Positions 33,524 to 46,100 are shown, numbered from the stretch's first letter. The stretch is DNA of 64,000 bases from Emiliania huxleyi CCMP1516 (GCF_000372725.1 NW_005201249.1:148198-212197); one strand, 5' to 3'. Notes: a model not told the origin generated them from the letters alone. A program made the numbers and translations.

Positions 33524-36176
33524 ATGCGCTTTGGCCCACCGCCGCCGCTGCCGCCGGTAGCTACTCCGGACCTGGCCAGCGCGCTGTCGACGCTCGCCGC
33601 CGCCTTTGCCGACGTGCTGTCTGCGGCGGCCGCCGACATATCGTGGCAGTCGGCGGCCGCGCTCGCCGCGTCGCTGTGCTGTGTCTACCTATTGGGTGCG
33701 GTGCTGCTGTCGGAGCCGACGCCGCGGGTGGACGTGCCGGTGGACGAGGACGTGGAGCCCAAGATTGACGGCTCCACCGCCAAGTTCGACGCCGCCCTCC
33801 TCACCGCCGAGGGCGCGCGGAGGGAGCCGTCCGTCGTCTACTGCTGGGACCCGTCCTCGATGGACATGCTCGGCACGCTGCCGGTGGCGTCGGCGGAGGA
33901 CGTCGCCGCCGCCGTCGGTCGCGCGCGTGTCGCACAGGCGGCGTGGGCGGGCTCGACTTGGGGCGCGCGCCGCCGGCTGCTCCGCACGATGCTGCGTTTT
34001 GTGACGGAGAACCAGCGCGCAATCGCCCGCGTCGCCGTGCGCGAGAGCGGCAAGACGATGGTGGACGCCATCTTCGGCGAGATCCTCGTCACGTGCGAGA
34101 AGCTCAAGTGGACCATCGCGCACGGCGAGGCTGCGCTGCGGCCGGAGCGGCGGCCGACCGGCACCCTCGCCATGACCAAGCGCGCCTGGCTGCGCCCGGG
34201 CCCGGTTGGCGACCCTTCCCGGAACCTTCCGTGAGCCGCCTCGGGAGGCTCGTGTAGGCGCGTCAAGGTGGAGTGGCGGCCGGTGGGCGTGGTGGGCGCC
34301 ATCGTCCCGTGGAACTACCCCTTCCACAACGTCTTCAACCCCGTCATCTCGGCGCTCTTCGCCGGCAACGGCATCGTCATCAAGGTTTCCGAGTACGCCT
34401 CATGGTCGACCCTCTACTACGGGCGGGCCCTCCGCGCCATCCTCGCCGCCGCGGGGGCGCCGACCGACCTCGTCCAGTTCGTGACGGGGTACGGCTCGAC
34501 CGGCGCCGCGCTGGTCGGCTCCGGCGCCGACAGAGCCCGCCCTCTGCCTCTGCTGGAGCGGGGACCTTCTCGGAACCTTCTCGGAACCGTCTCTCTAGGC
34601 GTCGACAAGCTGATCTTCGTCGGGTCGCCGTCGGTGGGAGGGCACGTGATGCGCGCCGCCGCCGCGAGCCTCACCCCGGCGGGACGGCCTCCCGGCGGCG
34701 TGCGCGAGGGTGCGCGAGCTGACGCGAGACGGGCGTGGTGGGTGATTATAGGTTGTGCTGGAGCTCGGAGGAAAGGACCCGTTCGTTGTCTGCGACGACG
34801 TGAGCGAGGCAGAGCTCGACCGCATCGCGCAGGTGGCGCGAGATTGCCCGAGATTGCCGGGGCGTGTCCGAGGCTGCGGTCGAGGTGAGGCGGAGGTCGT
34901 TCTCGCCGCGCAGGTGGCCTGCCGCGGCGTCTTCCAAAACATGGGCCAGAACTGCGCCGGCCCAGAGCGGTTCTTCGTCGCGGACGCCGCGTACGCGGGC
35001 TTCTGCTCGCGCGTCGGCGCCGCCGCCGCGCGGCTCGCCCGCGGAGGGGAGCCCCCCCCCCCCCTGTTCACAGCGCGCGGCGTGCGTGCAGGCGCAATCG
35101 CGTCACGCCTCAAGTGTGGTCCGCCGCTCGACGACGCAGAGGTCGACTGCGGGGCAATCACCATGGGCAGGAGGCAGATGGGGCACTACCAGGCCGGCCT
35201 GCCTACCGCCCGCAGACCCCTCCGTGGACGCCTCCCTAGACACGCCCTAGACACGCCCTAGACCTGCACTCGCGGGTGGGGCAGTGCCAGGCGCCGCTCG
35301 CCACCGATTGCGAGGCTCTGCCGACCCCCCCGCGGCATTGGCGGACGGCTCACGCCGGGGCTGACTCCTCTCCCAGGCGCTCGTCGACGACGCGGTGTCC
35401 AAGGGCGCGCGGCTGCTGGTCGGAGGGTACACGCCCTCCGGCGACGACCCGCTCGCGGCATTGGCTCTTTGGCGCCCGAGACCGCTGGGGTGGCGGGCCG
35501 CGGCGTTTCATGCGCGATGCTGTGAGCAGGCGGGCTCCTTCTACCCCCCGACAGTGCTCGTCGACGTGCCGGAGAGCGCCGACATCCTGCAGACGGAGAT
35601 CTTCGGCCCGATCATGTGCGTGGTGCGCGTGGCCGACTGCGGCGGCGCCGCCGCCAACGACGACGAGGCCGTCCGGCTCGCCAACAACTGCGACTTTGCG
35701 CTCTCGAGCTGCGCGTTTGCGCAGTCGGCGCCGCGCGCGCGCGCCGTCGCGGCGCGTCTCTGGGCGGTGCGGGAGAGGGCTGGCGCGAGAGCGGCGTCGC
35801 CTCACGGCGGCGTGGCTGCCGCAAGTAGGCTCGGCTCGAGGCGGGCATGTCCGCCTCCAACGACCTCGAGGGCTCCACCTACCTCTCGCAGTCCCTCCCC
35901 TTCGGAGGCCGCAAGCAGAGCGGCTTCGACCGCTTCGCCGGCATCGAGGGCTTGCGCGGCCTCACCACGCCGCGGGCCGTGTGCGACGACGCGCTCGAGT
36001 GGCTGCCTTTTGGAATGGGCGCGCTGCTCCGCACCGCCATCCCGCCGCCGCTGCAGTACCCCTCGCGCGGCGGCGGCTTCGACTTCGCCTCGGGGCTGAT
36101 CGAGCTCTTCTACGGCGAGGGGGTCTCGCTCAAGCTGCGCGGCGTCGCAAAGCTGATCGGGGCCGCGGCAAAGTAG
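33524..36176 (+). CDS. Aldehyde dehydrogenase, ALDH22/Msc7-like, with N-terminal membrane anchor; multi-exon
   Basis: [31 protein letters not shown], catalytic [30 protein letters not shown]. Confidence 0.93.
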
Positions 36177-36583
36177 CGGCGGCGGCGGGGCGGGAGGTGG
36201 GCGGGGCGGAGGAGAAAGGGCGGAGGCGCGGGGGCTAGGAGGTGGGCCCGCTTGAGAGGGGGTGCCAACCAGGTAGCAACCACGTCCCCTGCCACGTGAG
36301 ACGGGCGGGGAGAGGGAGGGGAACGGGAGGGTCGGCTCGGTGGGTCGGCCGAGAGTGCGTGTCTCAAGATTATATGCATGCGCATGCTCACGAGATCGCG
36401 CGTGGCTGTGTCCGTAAATCTTTTTTATCCTTTCGCGCACAGGCCTCGAAGAGGAGCTGCGCCTTAGCGCTTAGGGTTGTCAAACGTTAACTTTGGGCCT
36501 AACAGTTGCACACTATTGTTGGCTGAAATCCTCAACGTTGTTCAAGTGTTCTCCCCAGCCCAAGTTGATAGCTGTTACACTGT

Positions 36584-37110
36584 TCACGACGCCCAGCAGC
36601 CATCCTCCTGCAAACCCGCCAACTGCGGGTGAGCCTGCAGCGCCGCCACCGCCGCCTCGATCACGCCCGCGTCGGCTGCGCTCTGTTTGCGTGCGACCCC
36701 TACGGCGTCGGTGCCGGAGCACACGTTGCGCAGCGCCTCACAGCCTTGCTCTTGCACCTCCGCCTCCTGCGGGTGAGCCTGCATCGCCGCCACGATCGCC
36801 TCGATCGCGCCCGCGGCTGCTGCGCTCTGCTTGCGTGCGAGCCCCGCGGCGTCGTCGCCGTAGCACACGTTGGTCAGCGCCGCGCAGCCATGCTCGTGCA
36901 TGCCCGCCGCTTGCGGGTGAGCCTGCAGCGCCGCCACCGCCGCCTCGATCACGCCCGCGTCGGCTGCGCGCTGCTTGCGTGCGAGCCCTGCGGCGTCGTC
37001 GCCAGAGCACACGTTGCGCAGCGCCGCACAGCCTTGCTCTTGCACCTCCGCCACCTGCGGGTGAGCCTGCAGCGCCGCCACGATCGCCTCGATCGCGCCC
37101 CTCCGCCGCC
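36584..37110 (-). pseudogene. Armadillo-like repeat fragment (about 3.5 copies of 48 aa)
   Basis: 144-bp period, GAIEAIVAALQAHPQVAEVQEQGCAALRNVC. It ends abruptly within a repeat. Confidence 0.75.
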
Positions 37111-38343
37111 AGATGCTCGTTGGTGCCGGTCGGGTGACCCTGCGATGCGCCCGTGCCGGTGTGTGGAGGGGGGGGGGGGGCAGGGAGGGGGGGCAGGGAG
37201 AGGGTAGGGAGGGGGGGGCAGGGAGGGGGGCCAGGGGGGGGGGGGCAGGGAGATGGGGGGCAGGGAGGGGAGGGGGGGAGCAGGCCAGCTGCAGCCGCGG
37301 CCCGTTCCCCTCGTACTCGGCCGCCCCCGGTGAGCAGCAGCGGCGCGTCGGCAGAGTGAACCTGCCCACAGCGCACTCCGCTGAAGGAGACGCCGCCCAG
37401 AGCCGACGGCGGGCGGTGAGGCGGTGGGAGGGGCCGCGATGCAGCGGCGAGACGCGTGCGCGATGGCCGTGATCTCGAGCTGACCTCCCCACTCGGAGGA
37501 GTGCTCCACCTGTGGTTGGTGTGCCAGTGCATGCCTCAATGAGCTGCTCGTCTCGAGCCCGAGGGGGCCTCTAAAGGGTCGACGGGGGGTCTCAGCCGTC
37601 AACCAGATGGTTGAGGGGGGGCCTCAACCCTCAACCCCTCCCAGGTAGGTAGGTAGGAAGGTGAAGAACAGCCAGGCTCGGACTGGACACCAACGCGGTA
37701 TGGGTGGACGCTGGACAGATGATGACGACACGCACGAGCGACACACAGACACAAACAGGCTCACAAGACACACAGCCAGCGGGCTGCCTCACACCCTGAG
37801 TAGGCGTACACATAACTCAAGGCCACATCCTCCCTGTCGCCCCCCCCAGCACTCCAAGGTGCCAAGAGAACAAACAAGGGCACGGGCAGAAAGAAACTCA
37901 TATCGCGTCAGAGATTCCCTGCTGTCCTGACGTCCGTCATCGCGTGAAGCCTCTGCCGCCGTCACCGCCGCCGCCGCCGCCGCAGGCGCTGGTGAGTTGT
38001 GGCGAGTCTCGCCTCTCTGCGTCTGGCGGCTTGGTGCTACTATAATCGTTCAATCGATTTACACGATGGAAGTACGATCTGCTACAGCCTATAACGTACA
38101 CGAGAGGCCACGCGAGCATCGCGCTGGATGGTGTAGGCACTCACTGCAGACTGCACACATAGAGAGTTGCCCACCACACCACTCACCAGTGGAATTCCGT
38201 CACGCGCCCCCCCGACCTCGGGACCGACCGCCGAGCGGATCATTGCGTGTCTACCGCCAACCCGGTACCGCGGCTGTGCGGCGGTCCGCGCACAGGCTGC
38301 CACAGCAATGCAATGGAATAGTAGACAAAACCTGGGTTCAAAA

Positions 38344-40068
38344 TTACAGCGAGACAAGGCCGAAAGATGCCCTCTCCGTTGCCATCGGTGGTGCCGCCTC
38401 CCACGCATTCGAAGCCAGATCGTACCGCTCCATCGAGTTGAGATAGAGAAAGCTGTCCTCGTGGTTGTAGCCGCCCACAGCGTACAGCTTGCCGTCGAGC
38501 ACCGCTGCGCCTGGACCGTGCCGCCCCTTCGCCATCGGCGCCACAACCTCCCATGCGTTTGTAGTCGGATCGTACGTCTCCACCGATGGCCCGTTGGAGT
38601 CGCCGCCCACAGCGTACAGCTTGCCGGCGGCGAGGGCAAGACCAAAAGTGTCTCGCGCCGTCAGCAATGGCGCCACCGCCTCCCACGCATTCGTAGCCGG
38701 ATCGTAGCGCTCCACCTTGGTGAGGGTGCTATCGCCATCCCAACCGCCCGCCGCATACAGCTTGCCATCGAGCACGGCGACGCCAACGCGCGACCGTGCC
38801 GTGGACAACGGCGCCACAGCCTCCCACACATTCGCAACCGGGTCATAGCGCTCCACCGAGCTGAGGAAATCGAGACTGTGCTCGAAGCCTCCCACCGCGT
38901 ACAACTTGCCGTCGAGCACCGACACCCCAAAGGTCTCGCGTGCCGTCAGCAGCGGCGCCACCGTCTCCCACGCATTCGTAGCTGGATCGTACCGCTCCAC
39001 CGAACGGAGCTGCACGTTGCCACCCACGCTGCCGCCAACCGTGTACAGCCTGCCGTCGAGCACCGCCGCGCCGAGATCGTGCCGCGCCGTTGTCATCGAC
39101 GTCTCTGCCTCCCACGCGCTCGTCACCGGGTCGTACCGCTCGACCGAACTGAGGACCCTCGAGGCGCCGGGGCTAGACAAGCCGCCCACAGCATACAGCT
39201 TTACCCCTCCGGTGCGAGTCCGCGGCCGGGCTGTGCTCATGATGGCCAAGCCCGGCGCCTCGAGAAGCATCTGCTTCCCGACCCGTGTGTCGAGCAGCGG
39301 CTCTTCCATGACCACGCCGTTGAGAAACTCGCGCGGAAGCAGCGCGAACCGCACACGCGAGAGCAGCGCCGCCACCTCCTCCTCGCCGGGCGGCGGGTCG
39401 TGTGCCTGCAGCCACGCCACGCCAGCACGGTACACATCCTCCTCGCTCGCGCGCAGCCGGTCGTCCTCGAGCAGAGAGCGGACGATCGACGCTGGCGCCG
39501 CTGTCCACGCCTCCCCTCCCGCCACCACCTCGCTAAAGTTCGCGCGCGCAGCCTTGGACGCCGCCTCTGCGAGCCGCGGCAGCCGCCCGATTCGGTCTGC
39601 CAGCTCCCAGACCGCGAGAGCGTTGGAGGCGGCGAGGCGCGACTCGTATGCCTCCGCCGCAGCTTCGAGAAGCTCATCCATCTGCAGGAACGCCGCGCCC
39701 GCAAGCAGCTCGGCGAGCGCATCCTCGTCCGCCACCTCCGCCTCGCCCGTGTAGGCAAACTCGAGGCACGCTTTCAGACAGGCGGGCGAGAGAGCTGTGA
39801 GGTCAAGCGGACCGCGGCAGTCGCCGGGCCACTTCCCAGACCACAACGTCTTGAAGTATTTGCTCGCGCCGACCAAAACGATCCTGTGCGCGCCGACTGT
39901 CTCGCCACCCGCCGGCTCGAGCTCTACGTCGCACAGCTCTCCGGCGCGGAACTTGTCGACGGCGTCCCGATGCAGCGCCTGGCTCCCGCCGCTGAGGAGG
40001 ATGGCGGGCGAGGCGGCGGAGGCGGAGGGCGCGGAGGAGGAGGACGAGCGGGAGCGCTTCCGGGACAT
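38344..40068 (-). CDS. BTB-BACK-Kelch protein (Cullin3 adaptor-like), intronless
   Basis: LCDVEL...AHRIVLVGASKYF, LEFAYTG, LLEDDRLRASEEDVY, VRFALL, and six LYAVGG...VERYDP...WE Kelch repeats. Confidence 0.95.
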   Translation of the reverse strand: MSRKRSRSSSSSAPSASAASPAILLSGGSQALHRDAVDKFRAGELCDVELEPAGGETVGAHRIVLVGASKYFKTLWSGKWPGDCRGPLDLTALSPACLKACLEFAYTGEAEVADEDALAELLAGAAFLQMDELLEAAAEAYESRLAASNALAVWELADRIGRLPRLAEAASKAARANFSEVVAGGEAWTAAPASIVRSLLEDDRLRASEEDVYRAGVAWLQAHDPPPGEEEVAALLSRVRFALLPREFLNGVVMEEPLLDTRVGKQMLLEAPGLAIMSTARPRTRTGGVKLYAVGGLSSPGASRVLSSVERYDPVTSAWEAETSMTTARHDLGAAVLDGRLYTVGGSVGGNVQLRSVERYDPATNAWETVAPLLTARETFGVSVLDGKLYAVGGFEHSLDFLSSVERYDPVANVWEAVAPLSTARSRVGVAVLDGKLYAAGGWDGDSTLTKVERYDPATNAWEAVAPLLTARDTFGLALAAGKLYAVGGDSNGPSVETYDPTTNAWEVVAPMAKGRHGPGAAVLDGKLYAVGGYNHEDSFLYLNSMERYDLASNAWEAAPPMATERASFGLVSL

Positions 40069-40387
40069 TCTGGCTCGTGAACGCACAGACCTCGGCACTC
40101 GTTGGCGCGCCGCGACGACTTCGGGCGGCGCGGCAAAAAGCAAGAACCGTCTCCGCAGAATTCTGAGGCGCTTGTAGAAGAACAGTCGGCCCGATGCCCG
40201 ATGCGACTTCTTGCAGCGACTTCTTGCTGGCAACGACTTGGGCGGTAAAAAATTCACGTAACGATCAGTAACCCCCCAAACGACTAAAGAAGAAAGAAAA
40301 GCAGCAAGCCTCAGGGAGGGATGGGAGGACGCGAAACGAGTGGGGGGTCCTCTTTTTCTTTTCTCGCGATGTCAGCCCCCCGGCGGG

Positions 40388-40520
40388 ATCGTGCCGCGCC
40401 GTTGTCATCGACGTCACTGACTGCCTCCCACGCGCTCGTCGCCGGGTCGTACCGCTCGACTGAACTGAGGGAGTCGGGTGGGGCTAGACAAGCCGCCCAG
40501 CGCATATAGCTTCACCCCTA
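40388..40520 (-). pseudogene. Degenerate copy of the first Kelch repeat
   Basis: Similar to about 39075-39208, with indels. Confidence 0.75.
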
Positions 40521-40620
40521 GAGTACATGCAGCCGACACTACAAAATAAACCAGGTGAGACGAGTGCGCGTTGGGGTTTTGTGTGTTTATACAGACTGTG
40601 TGAAAACAATTAAAATTACG

Positions 40621-41940
40621 TTACCAAAAAGAGCGACGCCCTCTACGCTGGGGTTCCGGCTGCACCGGCGCCCTACTGGGCGTATTCAACCAGTCACACA
40701 CTGCTACCACTCCCACCCCTGCGAGGAAGCAGAGGCAGAGGTAGATAACGACGAAGAAAACGCAACCCCCCTCACACGCGGGCGGCGGCGGCGGCGCTGA
40801 GGGGGGCTGTACATCGTGTGCCAGCCCGCCACCACCCAGCAGGGCCACCTCGAGATCGTAGGCCTCCTTCTCGATGGTCTCAATCGCCCGGTCGACGGCG
40901 GCCTCGAGCTGTGCATGCCGGTCGCCCTCGAGGTAAGGATTGAGCAGATCCGAGATCTTCCCCAGTTGGTATGAGGTGACAGTGGGGTGGCCCTCCGCCG
41001 ACTCACTCCATTCATCCCACCTGCCCTGCATCGCGAGCCCCGGGTCGCCGCCCGCAGACCCCTCGGTGGTGCGGACGTGAGAGCTTGAGGAGCGGTGGCT
41101 TTCTGCCTCCGCGCTGGCCTTCTTGAAGAAGTGAGAACCGACCTCCCATTTCAAGTCGTTCAAGGCATTCTCATCGCTGTTGTCCGCGCCTGTATACCCT
41201 GAGACAATCATCGAGGCACCGAACGAGGCTTGCTTGATGTAGAAGGGGCCAAACGTTGCCACGACGTAATCCGCGTCGAACACATACCCAGGAATGGGCG
41301 TGATCCCAAGCATAACCTTCGCATCCGTCGTCAATACGTCGCGGAGGCTGCGAGTTATGTTCATCCAGCTCCAAGCAGGGCTCAGAGTCGCCGAGCCGAT
41401 GACCTGGCTCCGCCGCTGCTGGTAGTAGGAGTATTCGTGGCTCTCTGCGGTGCCGACCCCAAAGTCGCTGCTGAGGGCCGCCTGCAGGCTTGCCAACGGC
41501 ATCCAGTCAACTCCCATTTCTCCTGAAAGCTTCACCTGCATGTCTTCATGGAACTCTTGGCGGTGGCTGCCTTCAATTTTGTCGGTGCTCGTCGCGCTGT
41601 GCACGGAAACAATGGATGGCATGCCGATGAAAGCAGCCATTTTCGCGCCGTCAAACAGCCGCCGCCCGTAGTGTCCATCGACGGGGACGAACGGCCGTGA
41701 GCGGCTCGGCTTGAAGCCGTAGCAGAGGAGTGGCGAGGCCTGCTTCTGGATGACAGTTACAGCGTGGTCGATGGACTCGCCCGAGTCGCCAGCACGCGCC
41801 GTTGACTCGGAATGCATGGACTCGCCCAGGTCATGTGGGACGGCGACGTTGAGTAATGCGACGGTCAAAAAGGTAGCAAACATGAGGATGCAGGGGAGCG
41901 CGGTGCGCCACCGCCTCTTGGGCTGGGTTGGCATGAGCAT
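40621..41940 (-). CDS. MACPF-domain protein with N-terminal signal/anchor and C-terminal TM helix
   Basis: ALPCILMFATFLTVALLNVAV; signature-like FGPFYIKQASFGA; GGDP...WDEWSESAEGHPTVTSYQLGKISDLL...LEAAVDRAI; C-terminal CVFFVVIYLCLCFLAGVGVVAVC. Confidence 0.82.
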   Translation of the reverse strand: MLMPTQPKRRWRTALPCILMFATFLTVALLNVAVPHDLGESMHSESTARAGDSGESIDHAVTVIQKQASPLLCYGFKPSRSRPFVPVDGHYGRRLFDGAKMAAFIGMPSIVSVHSATSTDKIEGSHRQEFHEDMQVKLSGEMGVDWMPLASLQAALSSDFGVGTAESHEYSYYQQRRSQVIGSATLSPAWSWMNITRSLRDVLTTDAKVMLGITPIPGYVFDADYVVATFGPFYIKQASFGASMIVSGYTGADNSDENALNDLKWEVGSHFFKKASAEAESHRSSSSHVRTTEGSAGGDPGLAMQGRWDEWSESAEGHPTVTSYQLGKISDLLNPYLEGDRHAQLEAAVDRAIETIEKEAYDLEVALLGGGGLAHDVQPPSAPPPPPACEGGCVFFVVIYLCLCFLAGVGVVAVCDWLNTPSRAPVQPEPQRRGRRSFW

Positions 41941-43166
41941 GTCACAAGGGCGACCCCGCCAGCTGAAGTGTAAGAATCGGTTATGAGGGGTTCAAGCAGA
42001 CGACAGCTGGGAGGGGACAGCGCGTCGCCAAGGGCCAAGGAGTTGGCCCGTTTTTGCTTGCGAATTTATTTCCCTTCTCAGGGATTAATTAGGCGTCAAT
42101 GGCGCCACATATAACGCGGCGGATAACCACCGGAGGGAGGCGGCGGGCCTTCTCACGTGATAGTTTGTGACAATTTCGTGCCCCGATCGCCGCGCCCCCA
42201 ATCGGGACCACACTTATATGCATATTATCTGACGGCACTAATCACACGGCAAAAACTGTCGGCGTCGAAAGCGCTGCTTCACCCCGGCATTCGATGCCAC
42301 ATGCATGTCGCCTTCTCCCACTTGCAGTCGCCCTTGTTGAGGTCAACGCACGCGCCTGTGACACGCCAACCGAGAGGACCGCCCTCCCAAGACCTCTTTG
42401 TTCATCCAGGAACATATATGGATCGCGCGGGCTGATATCTGACAAACAAAACTCTCTCTCTCCCGTGACGCGTGAGGTCTGCGAGGCAAAAATCTCAAAA
42501 GACAAACCGCCGGGTATAATGCGGACCTCGGCTGATCTCGGGCGATCTCGAGGCCCTCTTGACCTGCTCTTGACTCGCGGGCAGCGGCGCACTCAGTCGC
42601 GAGAGGTGCCGCAGTGCAACCTGCGGGAGGGAGGGGAGGGGTGAGGCGCCAAGCCGGTAGAGAGGGAGACGGGCTCTTGTGGCTGCTCCGCTGGCCGGCC
42701 CCGGACGTGACACGAGTCACGACACACCACACACACATTGACATAATAAATAAAAACGGACACCGTCTCTACTGTGAGATGGGTAAAAAGGAACAGGTCC
42801 CCGCCCTTGCGATCTTTGTGCAGGGTTCTTTGTGGGTGTGGTCGGTGACTAGCCGGGGTCGTCCTCCCGATGGGGGACTAGCACTAGCCGTCTTCCACAT
42901 GGTCCCTCGGATCCCTCTCCCTGCTGCTCCTATCTCCTTAGATCGTCTCTTCGTACATCCTCCTGCTGATCTCCGCAAAGTCCTGTGCACATTGACATAT
43001 ATTCTCCATATTCGATGATTATTGACTCAGACATTGATGCCCTGACGAAAAAAGAGGACTCTTGCTACGCATGAACCATATGGTACACGCTGACGACATT
43101 GCAGTGCTTGCGCGCACACAGCAGCGGGTTTGAGCGGTGCTGCCCCGACGTGGCGCATGCGGCATG

Positions 43167-46100
43167 CTACGCGTAGGCCGCCCTGCTCTGGCTCAGGCTG
43201 AAGGGGCACGGCACGGTGAAGGGGGTGGTCGTCGAGCGGACCGCTTCGGGATTGAAGGCCTTCGCCTCGCGCGCGCGCTGCTCCTCCTCCCTCCTCCGCG
43301 CCAGCTCCTTCCGCTCCAGGTGCCGGGAGAGCCCCTTGATAGCGCGCGCCTCGCCCGGAGGCACGCGGGGTGGCGGCGGCCTGCCAGGCGTCGGCGCGAA
43401 GGTGCAGCCGGCCAGCGCCTCCTCCTCCCGCTCGGCGAGCGCCGCCGCGCGCCGCGCCGCCCTCTCCCTCATCTCCGCCTGCACCCGCTCGCTCAGCGTC
43501 GCCTGGTCGGCGGGGTGCAGCCGGTCCGTCACGCGCGCGGCGATCGCCTGTGGACACGTCGTGGACATGTCGTGGACACGTCGTGGACATGTCGTGGACA
43601 TGTCGAGGACGTGTCGGTCACGCGCGCGGCGATCGCCTCCGAGGCGGCCGACAGGCGCGGCGCGAACGTGCGCCCCTCCTCCTCGGCCCTGCGCCACGCC
43701 TCGACCGCCGACGCGCGGCGCGCCTTGCCTCTCGGGTCTCGCATCAGCTCGTCGTCAGACTTCGGGCGGGCGATCCGCGCCTGCAGGGAGGCTCCGAGAG
43801 AACAGCTCGGGGGGTCGGCTCCGGGAAGGGGAGGGGGGCAGCCTCGGCCGCCGATCCGCGCCGAGATGCCGTCGATGCGCGGCGCAAACGGGTGGCGCGC
43901 GAGGCTCGCAGCCTCGGCCGCCGCGCGCCACTCCTCGCGGACGAGCGGGTCGGTGCGCGCGAGGCGGACAGTCCGCTCCTCCTCCGTCTCGCTCAGCCGG
44001 CCGGGCCGCGCGGTGAGCAGCAGCTGAGTCGCCTCGGAGATGGAGGGGGTGAAGAGCGCCGCCTCCTCCTCCTCGAGGGCTTGCTCCCGCTCGCGCTGCC
44101 GCTCGCACCGCCCCGCGCTCCACGCCTGCATCCGCGCGAGGACGGGCTGGCCGCCGCCCTCGCTCCCCTCGGCGAGACGCACCGAGATCTCGTTGAGCTT
44201 GGGCGCGAAGGGGCACGCCGCAGCCTGCCCCGCCGAAGGGGCCTCGGGTCATCTCTGTGATCTCGTGGTGATCTCGGGCCATCTCCGAGCCATCTCCGAG
44301 CCATCTCCGGTCCATCTCCGAGCCATCTCCGAGCCATCTCCGGTCCATCTCCGGTCCATCTCCGGGCCATCTCCGGTCCATCTCCGAGCCATCTCCGGGC
44401 CATCTCCGAGCCATCTCCGGGGCACGCCGGCGCCTCCTCCGCTTCGCGCTGCTCCTCGCGCCTCGCCCTGCGCTCCGCCAGCGCCGCCGCCTGCNNNNNN
44501 NNNNNNNNNNNNNNNNNNNNNNNNNNNNNNNNNNNNNNNNNNNNNNNNNNNNNNNNNNNNNNNNNNNNNNNNNNNNNNNNNNNNNNNNNNNNNNNNNNNN
44601 NNNNNNNNNNNNNNNNNNNNNNNNNNNNNNNNNNNNNNNNNNNNNNNNNNNNNNNNNNNNNNNNNNNNNNNNNNNNNNNNNNNNNNNNNNNNNNNNNNNN
44701 TACGAATGCGTGGGAGGCGGTGGCGCCATTGCTGACGGCGCGAGACACTTTTGGTCTTGCCCTCGCCGCCGGCAAGCTGTACGCTGTGGGCGGCGACTCC
44801 AACGGGCCATCGGTGGAGACGTACGATCCGACTACAAACGCATGGGAGGTTGTGGCGCCGATGGCGAAGGGGCGGCACGGTCCAGGCGCAGCGGTGCTCG
44901 ACGGCAAGCTGTACGCTGTGGGCGGCTACAACCACGAGGACAGCTTTCTCTATCTCAACTCGATGGAGCGGTACGATCTGGCTTCGAATGCGTGGGAGGC
45001 GGCACCACCGATGGCAACGGAGAGGGCATCTTTCGGCCTTGTCTCGCTGTAATTTTGAACCCAGGTTTTGTCTACTATTCCATTGCATTGCTGTGGCAGC
45101 CTGTGCGCGGACCGCCGCACAGCCGCGGTACCGGGTTGGCTGCCGCCGCTGTGTCTCGGCGCCTCTCGGCCGCCTCTCGGCTGGCATCTCGGCCGCCTCT
45201 CGGGCTTGGAGCAGGGGCGCGCCTGCCGCCTCTCCGCCTTGCGCCGCACCTCCTCCCCGGCCCGTTGGTGCAGCGGCCGCCCGTCGGCCGCGAGGCTGCT
45301 CGCCGCGATGCTGAGCGAGGTCGGGTTGACGCGCGGCGCGTACGGGTACCGCGCCGCCTACAGGCAGCCCCCGAGACGCTTGCAGCCAAGCCCATCCCTC
45401 TCCTGGTGTGCCGGTCGCGAGTGCTGCCGCGCTGCCTCCCACGCACCCGCCGTCGCAGCGCAGCGGTCCCGCGCCGCAGCGCGCTCGGTCGCCGCGCTGT
45501 GCAGCCGCTCGCCCGCCGCCGCCGCCGCCGCCGCCGCCGCCCTCTCCTCTCGGCGCGCCAACCGCTCCGGTGAGCGGCCGCCACCTCCGCCGCCACCCAC
45601 CCCGCCACCACCACCTCCTCCACCTCCTCCACCTCCTCCACCTCCTCCTCCTCCTCCGCCTCCTCCGCCTCCTCCGCCTCCTCCGCCCGCCCGGCTGCCC
45701 GCCAGCTCTGGACGAAAGGTGCACAGCGCCAGCTCGGCCCTCTCCCGCTCGCGCCTCGCCGCCTCGCGCCGCACCTCCGTCTGCTGCGCCGCCGCAAACA
45801 GCCGCTCCCCCGCGCTTCCGCGCCTCGAGAGCTCGCGCGAGCGAGCGTTGATCCGCGGCGCGAAGGCGGCGGCCTCGGCGCCGCAGCTCTGGCCGTCGCC
45901 CGCCGCCGCCGCCGCCGCTCTCCGGGTCGGCGCACTCGCGGGCCGCTGCGGCCGTGCTGCATGCTCGGCCGTCACTGTGCGGTGGTGGCGGAGCTGAGCC
46001 GGAACGGGCGCGGCAGCCCGCGGCGGCGAGCGGCAGCGGCGACTCGTGGAAGGAGGGTGGGCGCAGTCCGGAAGCGGATGGTCGACTCGCGGTTGGTCAG

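Noticed and set aside
38167..40080. 637-aa antisense ORF (also 54089-55918 and similar)
   Set aside because: Shadow ORFs opposite well-supported genes, expected from GC3 bias.
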